This document shows, piece after piece, positions 31,318 through 41,304 of a stretch of 64,000 nucleotides of DNA. The DNA comes from Nitrosopumilus sp. GTDB lineage: Archaea; Thermoproteota; Nitrososphaeria; Nitrososphaerales; Nitrosopumilaceae. The notes under the pieces were generated by a model, which saw nothing but the letters and a program-made list of their open reading frames with translations, made no database searches and was not told where the DNA came from. Location: NCBI GenBank assembly GCA_965205675.1, contig OZ242186.1, positions 1,248,001 through 1,312,000 on the forward strand. Reading direction: 5' to 3'. The position numbers and the translations under genes are program-made. Every line of letters begins with the position of its first letter. Position 1 is the stretch's first letter.

Positions 31318-34185
31318 TTGGTTTATACATTGAATGAACCAAAAGGCTCCATGCCATACAATACAAAGTCAATTCGCAAAAGACCGGTAAAGTCATTTTA
31401 TTCCATGACTAATCCCAACATCCGCAAAAACTCCAAGGTATATCATATGCTAAAGCACGGTCCATTCCCTGAGAGTTTCTCATATCTTGTAAATGATGGC
31501 AAAATAACCAAGGAAGGAAGATGGCTGATGCTTGCATGTGATATGGGACTGTCGTTTGCAGAACTGTGTGTGCTTGTGTATATCGTCAGGTATTGTACCG
31601 GTACAATTTCACGCCAGATGATTCATGATTTTTTTGTGGGCGTGATGCCCTTGCAACGTGTCGTTAATACCTTATCCAAACTAAAGAGTGCAAAATATGT
31701 AAACGCTGATGCAACTTCTCTGGCAGTTACAGATAAAACAAAATCTTTGGTAGACTCTCACAAGATAGAGTTTCAGCAACTGCACCTGTATGTTGAGACA
31801 TTAACAAAATCAAAAAAGACTAATGTTCCAATGGTAAAGGACGCCCCTCGCAAAAACTTTGAAGGAATAACAAACAGATCATGCATCCGCAAAAACTCCA
31901 AGGTGTATCATATGCTAAAGCACGGTCCATTCCCTGAGAGTTTCTCATATCTTGTAAATGATGGCAAAATAACCAAGGAAGGAAGATGGCTGATGCTTGC
32001 ATGTGACATGGGACTGTCATTTGCAGAACTGTGTGTGCTCGTGTATATCGTCAGGTATTGTACCGGTACAATTTCACGCCAGATGATTCATGATTTTTTT
32101 GTGGGTGTGATGCCATTGCAAAGAGTTGTAGACATACTCTCCAAACTAAAGAGTGCAAAATATGTAAACGCTGATGCGACTTCTCTGGCAGTTACAGATA
32201 AAACAAAATCTTTGGTAGACTCTCACAAGATAGAGTTTCAGCAACTGCACCTGTATGTTGAGACATTAACAAAATCAAAAAAGACTAATGTTCCAATGGT
32301 AAAGGATACTCCTCGCAAAAACTTTGAAGGAATAACAAACAGATCATGCATCCGCAAAAACTCCAAGGTATATCATATGCTAAAGCACGGTCCATTCCCT
32401 GAGAGTTTCTCATATCTTGTAAATGATGGCAAAATAACCAAGGAAGGAAGATGGCTGCTGCTTGCATGTGACATGGGACTGTCATTTGCAGAGCTGTGTG
32501 TGCTCGTGTATATCGTCAGGTATTGTACCGGTACAATTTTACGCCAGATGATTCATGATTTTTTTGTGGGTGTGATGCCATTGCAAAGAGTTGTAGACAT
32601 ACTCTCCAAACTAAAGAGTGCAAAATATGTAAACGCTGATGCGACTTCTCTGGCAGTTACAGATAAAACAAAATCTTTGGTAGACTCTCACAAGATAGAG
32701 TTTCAGCAACTGCACCTGTATGTTGAGACATTAACAAAATCAAAAAAGACTAATGTTCCAATGGTAAAGGACGCCCCTCGCAAAAACTTTGAAGGAATAA
32801 CAAACAGATCATGCATCCGCAAAAACTCCAAGGTATATCATATGCTAAAGCACGGTCCATTCCCTGAGAGTTTCTCATATCTTGTAAATGATGGTAAAAT
32901 AACCAAGGAAGGTCGGTGGCTGCTGCTTGCATGTGACATGGGACTGTCATTTGCAGAACTGTGTGTGCTTGTGTATATCGTCAGGTATTGTACCGGTACA
33001 ATTTCACGCCAGATGATTCATGATTTTTTTGTAGGCGTGATGCCCTTGCAACGTGTCGTTAATACCTTATCCAAACTAAAGAGTGCAAAATATGTAAACG
33101 CCGATGCGACTTCTCTGGCAGTTACAGATAAAACAAAATCTTTGGTAGACTCTCACAAGATAGAGTTTCAGCAACTGCACCTGTATGTTGAGACATTAAA
33201 AAAATCAAAAAAGACTAATGTTCCAATGGTAAAGGACGCCCCTCGCAAAAACTTTGAAGGAATAACAAACAGATCATGCATCCGCAAAAACTCCAAGGTA
33301 TATCATATGCTAAAGCACGGTCCATTCCCTGAGAGTTTCTCATATCTTGTAAATGATGGCAAAATAACCAAGGAAGGAAGATGGCTGATGCTTGCATGTG
33401 ACATGGGACTGTCATTTGCAGAACTGTGTGTGCTTGTGTATATCGTCAGGTATTGTACCGGTACAATTTCACGCCAGATGATTCATGATTTTTTTGTGGG
33501 TGTGATGCCATTGCAAAGAGTTGTAGACATACTCTCCAAACTAAAGAGTGCAAAATATGTAAACGCTGATGCGACTTCTCTGGCAGTTACGGGCAAAACT
33601 AGAATATTGATAGATTCACAACAATCAGATCTTCTGAAATTGTATCAGTATGTTGAGACATTAAAAAAATCAAAAAAGAATAATGTTCAAATGGTAAAGG
33701 ATACTCCTCGCAAAAACTTTGAAGGAATAACAAACAACTCGTACATCCGCAAAAACTCCAAGGTGTATCATATGCTAAAGCACGGTCCATTCCCTGAGAG
33801 TTTCTCATATCTTGTAAATGATGGCAAAATAACCAAGGAAGGAAGATGGCTGCTGCTTGCATGTGATATGGGACTGTCATTTGCAGAACTGTGTGTGCTT
33901 GGATACCTGGTTATGTTGCATCGCAGTTGGCTAAAAGACCCAGGTTCCATGTCGTGGATGCATAGACCATTGGTGTATACTTCGTTTGACGAGTTTCTTG
34001 GTTTTTGGTCAGTTCAAAAATTCTTTGCAAAGTTCAAAAAGATGGGATTCATCAAGGTGCACACACCGGGACTTCGCGCAGTGAAATTTAACCCGGGATT
34101 CATAGATGCATTCATCAAATCCCATACACGAGAACTTGACGAGCTTGAGGTATACGTAAAGGAACATCTTGAACTGCCTTTGTGA
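31318..34185 (+). CDS. Protein of six tandem 155-aa wHTH-containing units
   Basis: Each unit has LSFAELCVL..ISRQMI..V...LSKLKSAKYV (wHTH-like). The last unit diverges in its second half. Confidence 0.8.
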   Translation: MVYTLNEPKGSMPYNTKSIRKRPVKSFYSMTNPNIRKNSKVYHMLKHGPFPESFSYLVNDGKITKEGRWLMLACDMGLSFAELCVLVYIVRYCTGTISRQMIHDFFVGVMPLQRVVNTLSKLKSAKYVNADATSLAVTDKTKSLVDSHKIEFQQLHLYVETLTKSKKTNVPMVKDAPRKNFEGITNRSCIRKNSKVYHMLKHGPFPESFSYLVNDGKITKEGRWLMLACDMGLSFAELCVLVYIVRYCTGTISRQMIHDFFVGVMPLQRVVDILSKLKSAKYVNADATSLAVTDKTKSLVDSHKIEFQQLHLYVETLTKSKKTNVPMVKDTPRKNFEGITNRSCIRKNSKVYHMLKHGPFPESFSYLVNDGKITKEGRWLLLACDMGLSFAELCVLVYIVRYCTGTILRQMIHDFFVGVMPLQRVVDILSKLKSAKYVNADATSLAVTDKTKSLVDSHKIEFQQLHLYVETLTKSKKTNVPMVKDAPRKNFEGITNRSCIRKNSKVYHMLKHGPFPESFSYLVNDGKITKEGRWLLLACDMGLSFAELCVLVYIVRYCTGTISRQMIHDFFVGVMPLQRVVNTLSKLKSAKYVNADATSLAVTDKTKSLVDSHKIEFQQLHLYVETLKKSKKTNVPMVKDAPRKNFEGITNRSCIRKNSKVYHMLKHGPFPESFSYLVNDGKITKEGRWLMLACDMGLSFAELCVLVYIVRYCTGTISRQMIHDFFVGVMPLQRVVDILSKLKSAKYVNADATSLAVTGKTRILIDSQQSDLLKLYQYVETLKKSKKNNVQMVKDTPRKNFEGITNNSYIRKNSKVYHMLKHGPFPESFSYLVNDGKITKEGRWLLLACDMGLSFAELCVLGYLVMLHRSWLKDPGSMSWMHRPLVYTSFDEFLGFWSVQKFFAKFKKMGFIKVHTPGLRAVKFNPGFIDAFIKSHTRELDELEVYVKEHLELPL
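31419..33900 (+). repeat. 465-bp near-identical tandem repeat (about 5.3 units)
   Basis: CATCCGCAAAAACTCCAAGG recurs at 31419, 31884, 32349, 32814, 33279 and 33744. Confidence 0.97.
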
Positions 34186-34222
34186 TAAAATCGGGTTAAA
34201 TACAATTTCTGTCGTATAATAC

Positions 34223-35089
34223 ATGAGCAAGCACTCCTTCGTATGGTATAGAATAAGGCAGTTTGCCTCAGCTGAGAAAATAGATGATGTTCCGAGCCAG
34301 GACCTGTTGGTATTATGTGGCTCCATATCTGATATTGTCATTGCAATTTTCCGTCTTGATGAGTCTGGAACATCCATATACCTACGGGTTCCTGATTTCT
34401 GCGCCAGTCAGGTCGAATCAATCATCTCCTTTGGTAAGGAAAAACAAGAGTATCCAGTATGCACAAAGATACAATCACTAGTAGAGCTCAAACTTAGAAA
34501 AAAATCCGTGTACCCACTTGTATCGAATCCTGCTGACATGCACCATAACGTCTTTTCGCTGTTCTCATCTGCACCGCAGGGAGCAATATTTCTAAAGCTA
34601 TCGCATACTGATTCCAAAAAAACGAAAAGGCAGTACGATTCCATAAAACGCAGATATGAAAAACAAAAAGATGATGCAAAAAACACAAACTGGCACGAGT
34701 CTGCATGCAAGGCAAAGGCTGATTGCCGTCGATTCTTTCATGCACAGTTATTCTTTGGAACCCTCACCCCGTCAGACATTGATGACTTTGAGCGGATTCT
34801 GCCCTGTGTCGGACGGGATATAGAGCCAAACGGATTGGTGCGAAAAAAATCAATCTTGTACAATTTAAAACATCCGAGAAGAGCACTTGATTTTTTGGAA
34901 AAGATACTGCTTGAAAAATCAAAAAAATCCGGAATGGTACTCTCCGAAAATGACATTGTACCTTTTGTTAGATTCCCTGAAAATGCAGACAGATTACAGA
35001 TGGAGCCTGCCTCGTCTGAGACATTCTCATCAGGTCTCGCTGCAAATGTTCCTGACCCTCAAAAAGAATTTGAGGATGGTCTGTCATGA
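34223..35089 (+). CDS. Hypothetical protein resembling the non-catalytic N-terminal region of VirD4/HerA-associated proteins
   Basis: ELKLRK..YPL and VLSENDIVPFVRFP; no Walker motifs. Confidence 0.35.
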   Translation: MSKHSFVWYRIRQFASAEKIDDVPSQDLLVLCGSISDIVIAIFRLDESGTSIYLRVPDFCASQVESIISFGKEKQEYPVCTKIQSLVELKLRKKSVYPLVSNPADMHHNVFSLFSSAPQGAIFLKLSHTDSKKTKRQYDSIKRRYEKQKDDAKNTNWHESACKAKADCRRFFHAQLFFGTLTPSDIDDFERILPCVGRDIEPNGLVRKKSILYNLKHPRRALDFLEKILLEKSKKSGMVLSENDIVPFVRFPENADRLQMEPASSETFSSGLAANVPDPQKEFEDGLS

Positions 35090-36510
35090 TTATTGCCGTC
35101 TTTGCACTGGTTATATTTGCAACGACATTTGCAACCATCATACCTGCAATGGCAGACTCTGATTACATTGTAATCAAAGAAAATGTGTTGGAAAAGGGAC
35201 ACGGTAATTTGTATGTGGACATAAGTGGACGCATCACTGGGGCATACGTTGAGATTGTGCTGTCTGCCCCCGACGGCTCGACATCTAATGCACAATCAAA
35301 GTTGGTAAATGATGTCTTGTCATATTTTATCTATCTTGAGAGATCAAGTGATGCCGGACTGTACAGAATTGATATTACAGCATATGACTATGATGATAAC
35401 AATGATGATGACGACTATGTCATTGTAAATGAATTGACGGATTATTTTATACTGCTTGATAGTGGCTCCTCAATTGATATACACATTGAAAAAAATGCGT
35501 CAGTCGAATGTGTGCCAAAAACTGATTCCTATGGCGAACCTTTGTACAAAAAAGGCGGATGTATCACTCCTGTACATGTGATAACGGCTGCAACTTTTGG
35601 TGTGAATTTTATCAATGATGATTACAAGACTCATAACCTGCAGTTTGAAAAAGACGAAACAGGTCCTATAATTCCTGGTCTTAACACAATCATATTTCCA
35701 CCACGCGGCGAACATGAATACCAATGTGCATATCATCCGTGGGTAAAAGGAACGATACATGTTGAGAGGGTAAGGCAATTACAGTATGTGGAACCCCCTC
35801 CACTTGTAATTCCTGATGCACAAGACCATGATCCTACAAACCCAAATCCCATATCCACTGATGCACAATATTCCCTTGATGATTGTGGACGGTGCTATGT
35901 CGGAAAGGTAACAAAGATAGTTGACGGTGATACCCTATTTGTAAATGGCAAATCAATCCGTCTTGCATTGGCAAATGCTCCGGAGAGAAATCAAAAAGGA
36001 TTTGCAGATGCAAAACTTTTCGTAGAGCAAACATGCAGAGTGGGGGACTCTGTGTTGGTGGACATTGATGATCTCAAACCATCTGACTCTTATGGCAAGC
36101 CTATTGCAAAAATTATTTGCGGTGAGATAAATATCAATGCAGAACTGCTTCAAAATGAAAACGCCGTACCATACGAATGGTTTTGCAAAAAGACAGAATT
36201 TGTAGATGAGCCGTGGGGCGCTGCTGCTTGTGGTGTTACAGAGTCAGGAGAACTAGAACCTGCAAGCATTCTAGATCTCGATATTCCCGAAGAGGTTGCA
36301 TCAGTTGATATAGATATTATTAACGATACTGTAGGAGTAATACAATCTGGTCTGACCCCGTATGATGCCAGTCTGGAGATTCTGATATTATTGATAATTG
36401 CAATTGTGGTGATGGCGATACTGGCACTCATCATACTGTCAAGACGCAGCACCGGCACCAGGGACAGCCTTGCATCTGATGATGCAGAGACATTCATCTA
36501 TCTGAAATAA
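35086..36510 (+). CDS. Membrane-anchored secreted protein with cupredoxin and thermonuclease (SNase) domains
   Basis: Signal peptide; THN..YQCAYHPWVKG; VTKIVDGDTL..IRLALANAPE..DSYGK; C-terminal TM helix. Confidence 0.85.
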   Translation: MIIAVFALVIFATTFATIIPAMADSDYIVIKENVLEKGHGNLYVDISGRITGAYVEIVLSAPDGSTSNAQSKLVNDVLSYFIYLERSSDAGLYRIDITAYDYDDNNDDDDYVIVNELTDYFILLDSGSSIDIHIEKNASVECVPKTDSYGEPLYKKGGCITPVHVITAATFGVNFINDDYKTHNLQFEKDETGPIIPGLNTIIFPPRGEHEYQCAYHPWVKGTIHVERVRQLQYVEPPPLVIPDAQDHDPTNPNPISTDAQYSLDDCGRCYVGKVTKIVDGDTLFVNGKSIRLALANAPERNQKGFADAKLFVEQTCRVGDSVLVDIDDLKPSDSYGKPIAKIICGEININAELLQNENAVPYEWFCKKTEFVDEPWGAAACGVTESGELEPASILDLDIPEEVASVDIDIINDTVGVIQSGLTPYDASLEILILLIIAIVVMAILALIILSRRSTGTRDSLASDDAETFIYLK

Positions 36511-36864
36511 TTGTCAGGACCACAAAAATAGAACTGTTTTTACGTGATCTGTTTTTCTTCAAGTAAACCTTTGATTTGTGTATGAAATCTCTTAAAAATT
36601 AAAATAGATCCAAGTAAGAGATAAAACGATTGGCTCAGATTATGGTTTGCAATATCATCATCTCTAAATGATAAGAGCGTCACGGCTTCATCGTTGCCAG
36701 TCATTTTTACTTGATTCATACAAAACATTGGCTTTAAATATAAGTTTGTTCTAATAATAGTAGAATGGTTTTATCTTCAAACTATGAAATCTCCAACTGG
36801 ATCTTTTTTATCAGTAAATGTGTTAATTGAACACGTTTATTAAATGCGTTTATTAGATAAGTTC

Positions 36865-36894
36865 GTAATCGGTGGCCTCCACGCCACCGATTAC
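36865..36894. repeat. Perfect 12-bp inverted repeat
   Basis: GTAATCGGTGGC-CTCCAC-GCCACCGATTAC. Confidence 0.9.
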
Positions 36895-36897
36895 AAA

Positions 36898-36946
36898 CTG
36901 ATTCTACTGACTGATTCTACTGACTGATTCTACTGACTGATTCTAC
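36898..36946 (+). repeat. 13-bp tandem repeat, about 3.7 copies
   Basis: CTGATTCTACTGA units directly after the hairpin. Confidence 0.9.
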
Positions 36947-37015
36947 AAAATTACTTGATGGACATTCAAAATAACCCGCTTTAAATCCAAAAAATATCTC
37001 CCTTTGTGACGACAT

Positions 37016-37696
37016 ATGAGTAGTTGTATTTTATGCGGTAATGGTAATTTTGTTAAGGTTGAGACTGAGATCGTATGCTCAAAGTGCGGTGTTATCTCAC
37101 ATTATGATACGGCAGAAACGACGCCTGTTGGCTCAAAGTCGCGTATGCCAGTACATGAAGAGCAAAAAATCGGCTCAAAGAATATCATAGTAGATGGCAT
37201 CACACTGCCACACATCAACAAAAAACGTACAGAGCAAATAATCTCAAGTCGCGACAGTCATCTTGACTCTTTTTCGAAAATCTGCTCCACTCTCGGACTG
37301 CCAAAGTATGTTACAGTAAATGCATTTGTGTTATTCCAGAAATTAAAACCGGCAAAGCTGGGGTCTGGCAAGACTGCCGTGTTCTGTATTCATCAGGCGT
37401 GTATGGATGCAGGTATAACGTACGATGAGGGGAGACTGATTGCAGTTACGAGAACGCAACTTGGTTTGAAAAGACAGATATTTCTCACAAAGGCAATATA
37501 TCAGGTAAAGCGGGTCGCACTAGAGCAGAAACTCATTGTACCCTCATCTGATGATTCACATGAAAAATATTTTCTAAGAAAGATGATTCGTCCGAACCAA
37601 ATGCGTGAGGCAGTTAAGATATCTGGCATGTTTGGAGGCAAAACCACTGACCAAAAGATGCGGCGTGTAGGGAGGTATCTTGATGCATACAACTAA
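37016..37696 (+). CDS. Divergent TFB-like protein (Zn ribbon plus one cyclin fold)
   Basis: CILCG..EIVCSKCGVI; IGS; ICSTLGLP..V...AF.LF; AVFCIHQAC. Confidence 0.75.
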   Translation: MSSCILCGNGNFVKVETEIVCSKCGVISHYDTAETTPVGSKSRMPVHEEQKIGSKNIIVDGITLPHINKKRTEQIISSRDSHLDSFSKICSTLGLPKYVTVNAFVLFQKLKPAKLGSGKTAVFCIHQACMDAGITYDEGRLIAVTRTQLGLKRQIFLTKAIYQVKRVALEQKLIVPSSDDSHEKYFLRKMIRPNQMREAVKISGMFGGKTTDQKMRRVGRYLDAYN

Positions 37697-38654
37697 TGAT
37701 GATAGTAGCCTCAGCATTATTGCGCTAAGCAAGATATCGCTGCCAGAACTTGTCGTGATTCCATCGCAGTACGGCATTGAGCAGATTGTTACATCCTTTG
37801 CCCCTGATGCTGGCACTGATGAGTTGTCAATCAAAGTTGTAGAATCCAAAAACGGCTATGTTCTAGTCGATGGAATCGATGTATATTATGCTGCAAAAAA
37901 GATGCGTCTCAAGGAGATAAACGCATATGTCGTAAATGACTCTGTTGATCCCCAGATAACATACATTCGATATACAAAAAAAGACCAGCAAAATCCAATC
38001 AAGATAGTACGCCAGATGCGAAGATATGTCAAGGATAATGGTCTTCCAAAGACAATGCAGATGATGCATCTAGAACCAGTATACTCCAAAGTGTATGCCC
38101 TTGAATTTGATACAAAACTTGAAGATACATTAGATGAACTCTTTGATACGGCATACTCTAACGGGGTACGCTCCACTGCACCACTGCCAATGCTGCGGTT
38201 CATATGCAATCTCGATGAGGATGCACAGCATGTAGTAATTGGGAAACTCCAAAAACATGCAAAAGAGAACAGCGGTTACCGGTGGCCGCACAACGAGTTT
38301 CTAAAGGACATGATCCCCGAGTCTGATAATCCCTCAAAATCTGAGGGAGAGAAAAAACAAGACACTGCAAGCTCAGAGGTTACAACCTTTGAATGCACAA
38401 AGTGCAAGACTCCCCATCTGGTGCACGACGGACGGGTCGCACCATACAAGGAGCAATCCGGACTGAAGATAATGGAGGGCGATATTGCAGACCCTATGAT
38501 TTCACTTGGAAAAAAGCATGCAAAACATCTGGGAATTGATCTAGGCGATGTCCCAGAGGTGATTACTTCTGAGTCGGACTGGAAGTCAGTCACATCTAAG
38601 ATGAGGGGTAGAAAGTTTGTAGTCTTGCTTGGGGCAGAATTTAACCCCTCTTAA
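37680..38654 (+). CDS. Degenerate ParB-like domain protein with Zn ribbon
   Basis: IKVV..GYVLVDG..YYAAKKM.LKEINAYVV; FECTKCK. Confidence 0.5.
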   Translation: MMHTTNDDSSLSIIALSKISLPELVVIPSQYGIEQIVTSFAPDAGTDELSIKVVESKNGYVLVDGIDVYYAAKKMRLKEINAYVVNDSVDPQITYIRYTKKDQQNPIKIVRQMRRYVKDNGLPKTMQMMHLEPVYSKVYALEFDTKLEDTLDELFDTAYSNGVRSTAPLPMLRFICNLDEDAQHVVIGKLQKHAKENSGYRWPHNEFLKDMIPESDNPSKSEGEKKQDTASSEVTTFECTKCKTPHLVHDGRVAPYKEQSGLKIMEGDIADPMISLGKKHAKHLGIDLGDVPEVITSESDWKSVTSKMRGRKFVVLLGAEFNPS

Positions 38655-38666
38655 TACAACGGCGCA

Positions 38667-39152
38667 ATGTATAATATGATAAGGCAAATCTTTTTTGTCC
38701 TGCAACCGTCGTCGCTGCAGGATTCCTTATCTTTACCGCTTTCTGGACTCTCCTATACAAATGAGCTGCTAATAGTGTCTTCTGCTGTTCTTGTACTCGG
38801 AGGTCTGTCAATTGGAGTGTTTTACTCTGACACTGAATCCACATCTTCAATGCTTGTTGAAATTAACAGGATTAATCGTGATATTTTGAACGAAAAGATA
38901 GATGTTATCTCTGCTGATACGTCTGCAACACACGTGGTGTTTTCTCTCAGCAATTACGGAAGTAGAGATACGGAGATAACGGCAGTACTTGACTCTGATG
39001 CAAATAGCATTGACTGTACAAGCAACAATGCAGATTCTGCTAACTTTGTGGTTCTGACTGGCAAGCACATGGAGGTCTCATGTGTACTGCAAGGAGATGA
39101 CAAGTATTATGCAGTAACTGACACGGGGCAGATTCTAAAGGTGATACCATGA
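38667..39152 (+). CDS. Archaeal pilin-like protein (start uncertain)
   Basis: Hydrophobic helix, then EKIDVI..LSNYGS.DTEITAV as in archaeal pilins. Confidence 0.6.
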   Translation: MYNMIRQIFFVLQPSSLQDSLSLPLSGLSYTNELLIVSSAVLVLGGLSIGVFYSDTESTSSMLVEINRINRDILNEKIDVISADTSATHVVFSLSNYGSRDTEITAVLDSDANSIDCTSNNADSANFVVLTGKHMEVSCVLQGDDKYYAVTDTGQILKVIP

Positions 39153-40534
39153 AGTATTATTTTATGCTGATGCTGTTACTTTGTGCTGCTACTTGCATTC
39201 CTTTTGCACATGCATGGGAGTTCGGAATATTTGCACCAGGAGAGTCATACCATTATACCATATGCGATAACATAACACGCGATGCATTCACTGCAACTGC
39301 ATCAAAGTGCTATGATATGCAGATGCGCGTAATTGAGAATGTGAAGATGGATTCAGGATACGTGTGGATAATGCACGTTATAATGAATGGGTCTGATCAT
39401 GACCTGGTTTTACTTGATGAGAATTTTGATGTAACCTCATTACACAACAGATACATTGAAGAGTCGCTCTCATCTACGCTTTTCTGGCTGCCTGATGATT
39501 CTCTCAGAGAGTTTGATCCAGTTATAGGAGATATCCTTGGAAGCGTGCCATCAAAATTCAAGGATGCTGAGATCATAGTTGCAGATTTTTTGGATTATGA
39601 TGAAGGACAAAAAGAATATTCGATTTTATGGACAAATGAATATGAAAACCAAATATGGATACGCGAGGGGGTTGCACTGCCAGTTAGAGCTAGCGTGTAT
39701 TCTGAGATACATGCTGGGTTTGGAGAGAATCTTGCACACTCGTATGATCTAAAGTCGTATGTTTCTTCTGAAGAGTATCTCTTTGACCTACTTTCATCTG
39801 TGAGGTATCCTGATGATGCCTTCGTCGATGATGCCTTCGTCGATGATGCCTTCGTCGATGATGCCTTCGTCGATGATGCCTTCGTCGATGATGCCTTCGT
39901 CGATGATGCCTTCGTCGATGATGCCTTCGTCGATGATGCCTTCGTCGATGATGCCTTCGTCGATGATGCCTTTGTTGATGATGCCTTTGTTGATGATACC
40001 TTTGTCGATGATACCTTTGTCGATGATACCTTTGTCGATGATACCTTTGTCGATGATACCTTTGTCGATGATACCTTTGTCGATGATACCTTTGAGAACG
40101 AGGTATTGTCTGATGAAGAGTTCTATGGTGCAGATTTCGTTGGTGATGATTTGAGTGCGGATGAACCATCTCACCATGCTGATGATGAACCATCTCACCA
40201 TGCTGATGATGTTCTATCTGAAATTCCTGAGTTTTTCCCCTCTGAGATAGTTAATTCTTCTTTGAATGATTCTGATGTTTTGTCTTTCTCAAATGCTTCA
40301 TCGGATCTCAAACCCTCTGAAACTATGCCCTCCGAGCCAGTAGATGATATTGCAAACCCACAATCTCAATTTGATATAGACCCAAAGGATGAATCAGACT
40401 ATGTAGATGATGCGCTCCCTGGAGATAATGAAACTGAAACTCTAGAACGGGACGCTCAGAAATTACAAGATGAAGATGAACCATTTGGTTTTATTTTGTC
40501 TTTCTTTGAACCTCTTCTGGAAATTTTCAAGTGA
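39149..40534 (+). CDS. Secreted acidic protein with DD(A/T)FV repeats
   Basis: Signal peptide ending AHA; 19 pentapeptide repeats; amphipathic C-terminus. Confidence 0.8.
   Translation: MKYYFMLMLLLCAATCIPFAHAWEFGIFAPGESYHYTICDNITRDAFTATASKCYDMQMRVIENVKMDSGYVWIMHVIMNGSDHDLVLLDENFDVTSLHNRYIEESLSSTLFWLPDDSLREFDPVIGDILGSVPSKFKDAEIIVADFLDYDEGQKEYSILWTNEYENQIWIREGVALPVRASVYSEIHAGFGENLAHSYDLKSYVSSEEYLFDLLSSVRYPDDAFVDDAFVDDAFVDDAFVDDAFVDDAFVDDAFVDDAFVDDAFVDDAFVDDAFVDDAFVDDTFVDDTFVDDTFVDDTFVDDTFVDDTFVDDTFENEVLSDEEFYGADFVGDDLSADEPSHHADDEPSHHADDVLSEIPEFFPSEIVNSSLNDSDVLSFSNASSDLKPSETMPSEPVDDIANPQSQFDIDPKDESDYVDDALPGDNETETLERDAQKLQDEDEPFGFILSFFEPLLEIFK
39812..40096 (+). repeat. 15-bp coding tandem repeat x19
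   Basis: 12 DDAFV, 6 DDTFV and 1 DDTFE, with variants arranged in blocks. Confidence 0.97.
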
Positions 40535-41010
40535 CAAGTTCATCAATTAGAATCATAATAAAATAGACAACACAAGTAATATTGGAATACTGACTAATCC
40601 TATCATAAACAACGTTATAGATACTGTCAACCGTTTAGACTTGGTTTCAATTACACTTTCAGCTTGTGCTAAACATTGAATATACTCCTGACATAATACT
40701 TCATAATAATCTCTTTCAGATGCATTTATCCAACTACTTAAAGTGCCTGGATTGACGTCGCCTGATCTGTTAAGAAATTTTTTACCTAATAATGGCTAGT
40801 TTTTGATCTAAATTGAGTTACTTTCCCATCTACTGATTCAAACCGTATTCCTACGCCATTCTCATACCTAAGATATCAAAAGATGCGAAATAACAAAAGA
40901 CGAATTCGAATATGTGAAAAAAGATTCAAAATGAGAGACTAAGAATAATTTTTACAGTTCATGGATTTTGTAAAATGCGTCTTTTTAAGTAAAAATTACT
41001 ATACATCTCA

Positions 41011-41304
41011 TTGGAGATTTACATAATCATATTTTTGGTTATACTGCTTGCCTTTTTGAGTCTGTTCCTGACACACTATGTGAAAAAATCAAGAAAGTAC
41101 GAGACAAAGGCATCATTTTATTCTGGTGCATACATGCGGCTACGCGTATGGAATATCGATGATGCCCTGAAAAGATCCACAAGATCAAAGGAGACGCGCT
41201 TTTGGGGTGATATTATACTGAGAGGCGATACAGAACTTGCAACTCGGGGAGAGCCCGGGGAGACAATACTGGATGAGCTTTTTGGTCCATCACAGAAAAC
41301 ATAA
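41011..41304 (+). CDS. Small single-pass membrane protein (paralog of 17385)
   Basis: TM helix, then KKSRKYE..FY..AYMRLRVWNID. Confidence 0.7.
   Translation: MEIYIIIFLVILLAFLSLFLTHYVKKSRKYETKASFYSGAYMRLRVWNIDDALKRSTRSKETRFWGDIILRGDTELATRGEPGETILDELFGPSQKT

Noticed and set aside
31820-33880. Five repeated minus-strand ORFs starting MTVP
   Set aside because: They are antisense shadows of the 465-bp coding repeat.
39690-40201. Poly-RRHH, GIIDE and MMPSS ORFs
   Set aside because: They are alternative-frame and antisense shadows of the 15-bp DDAFV repeat.
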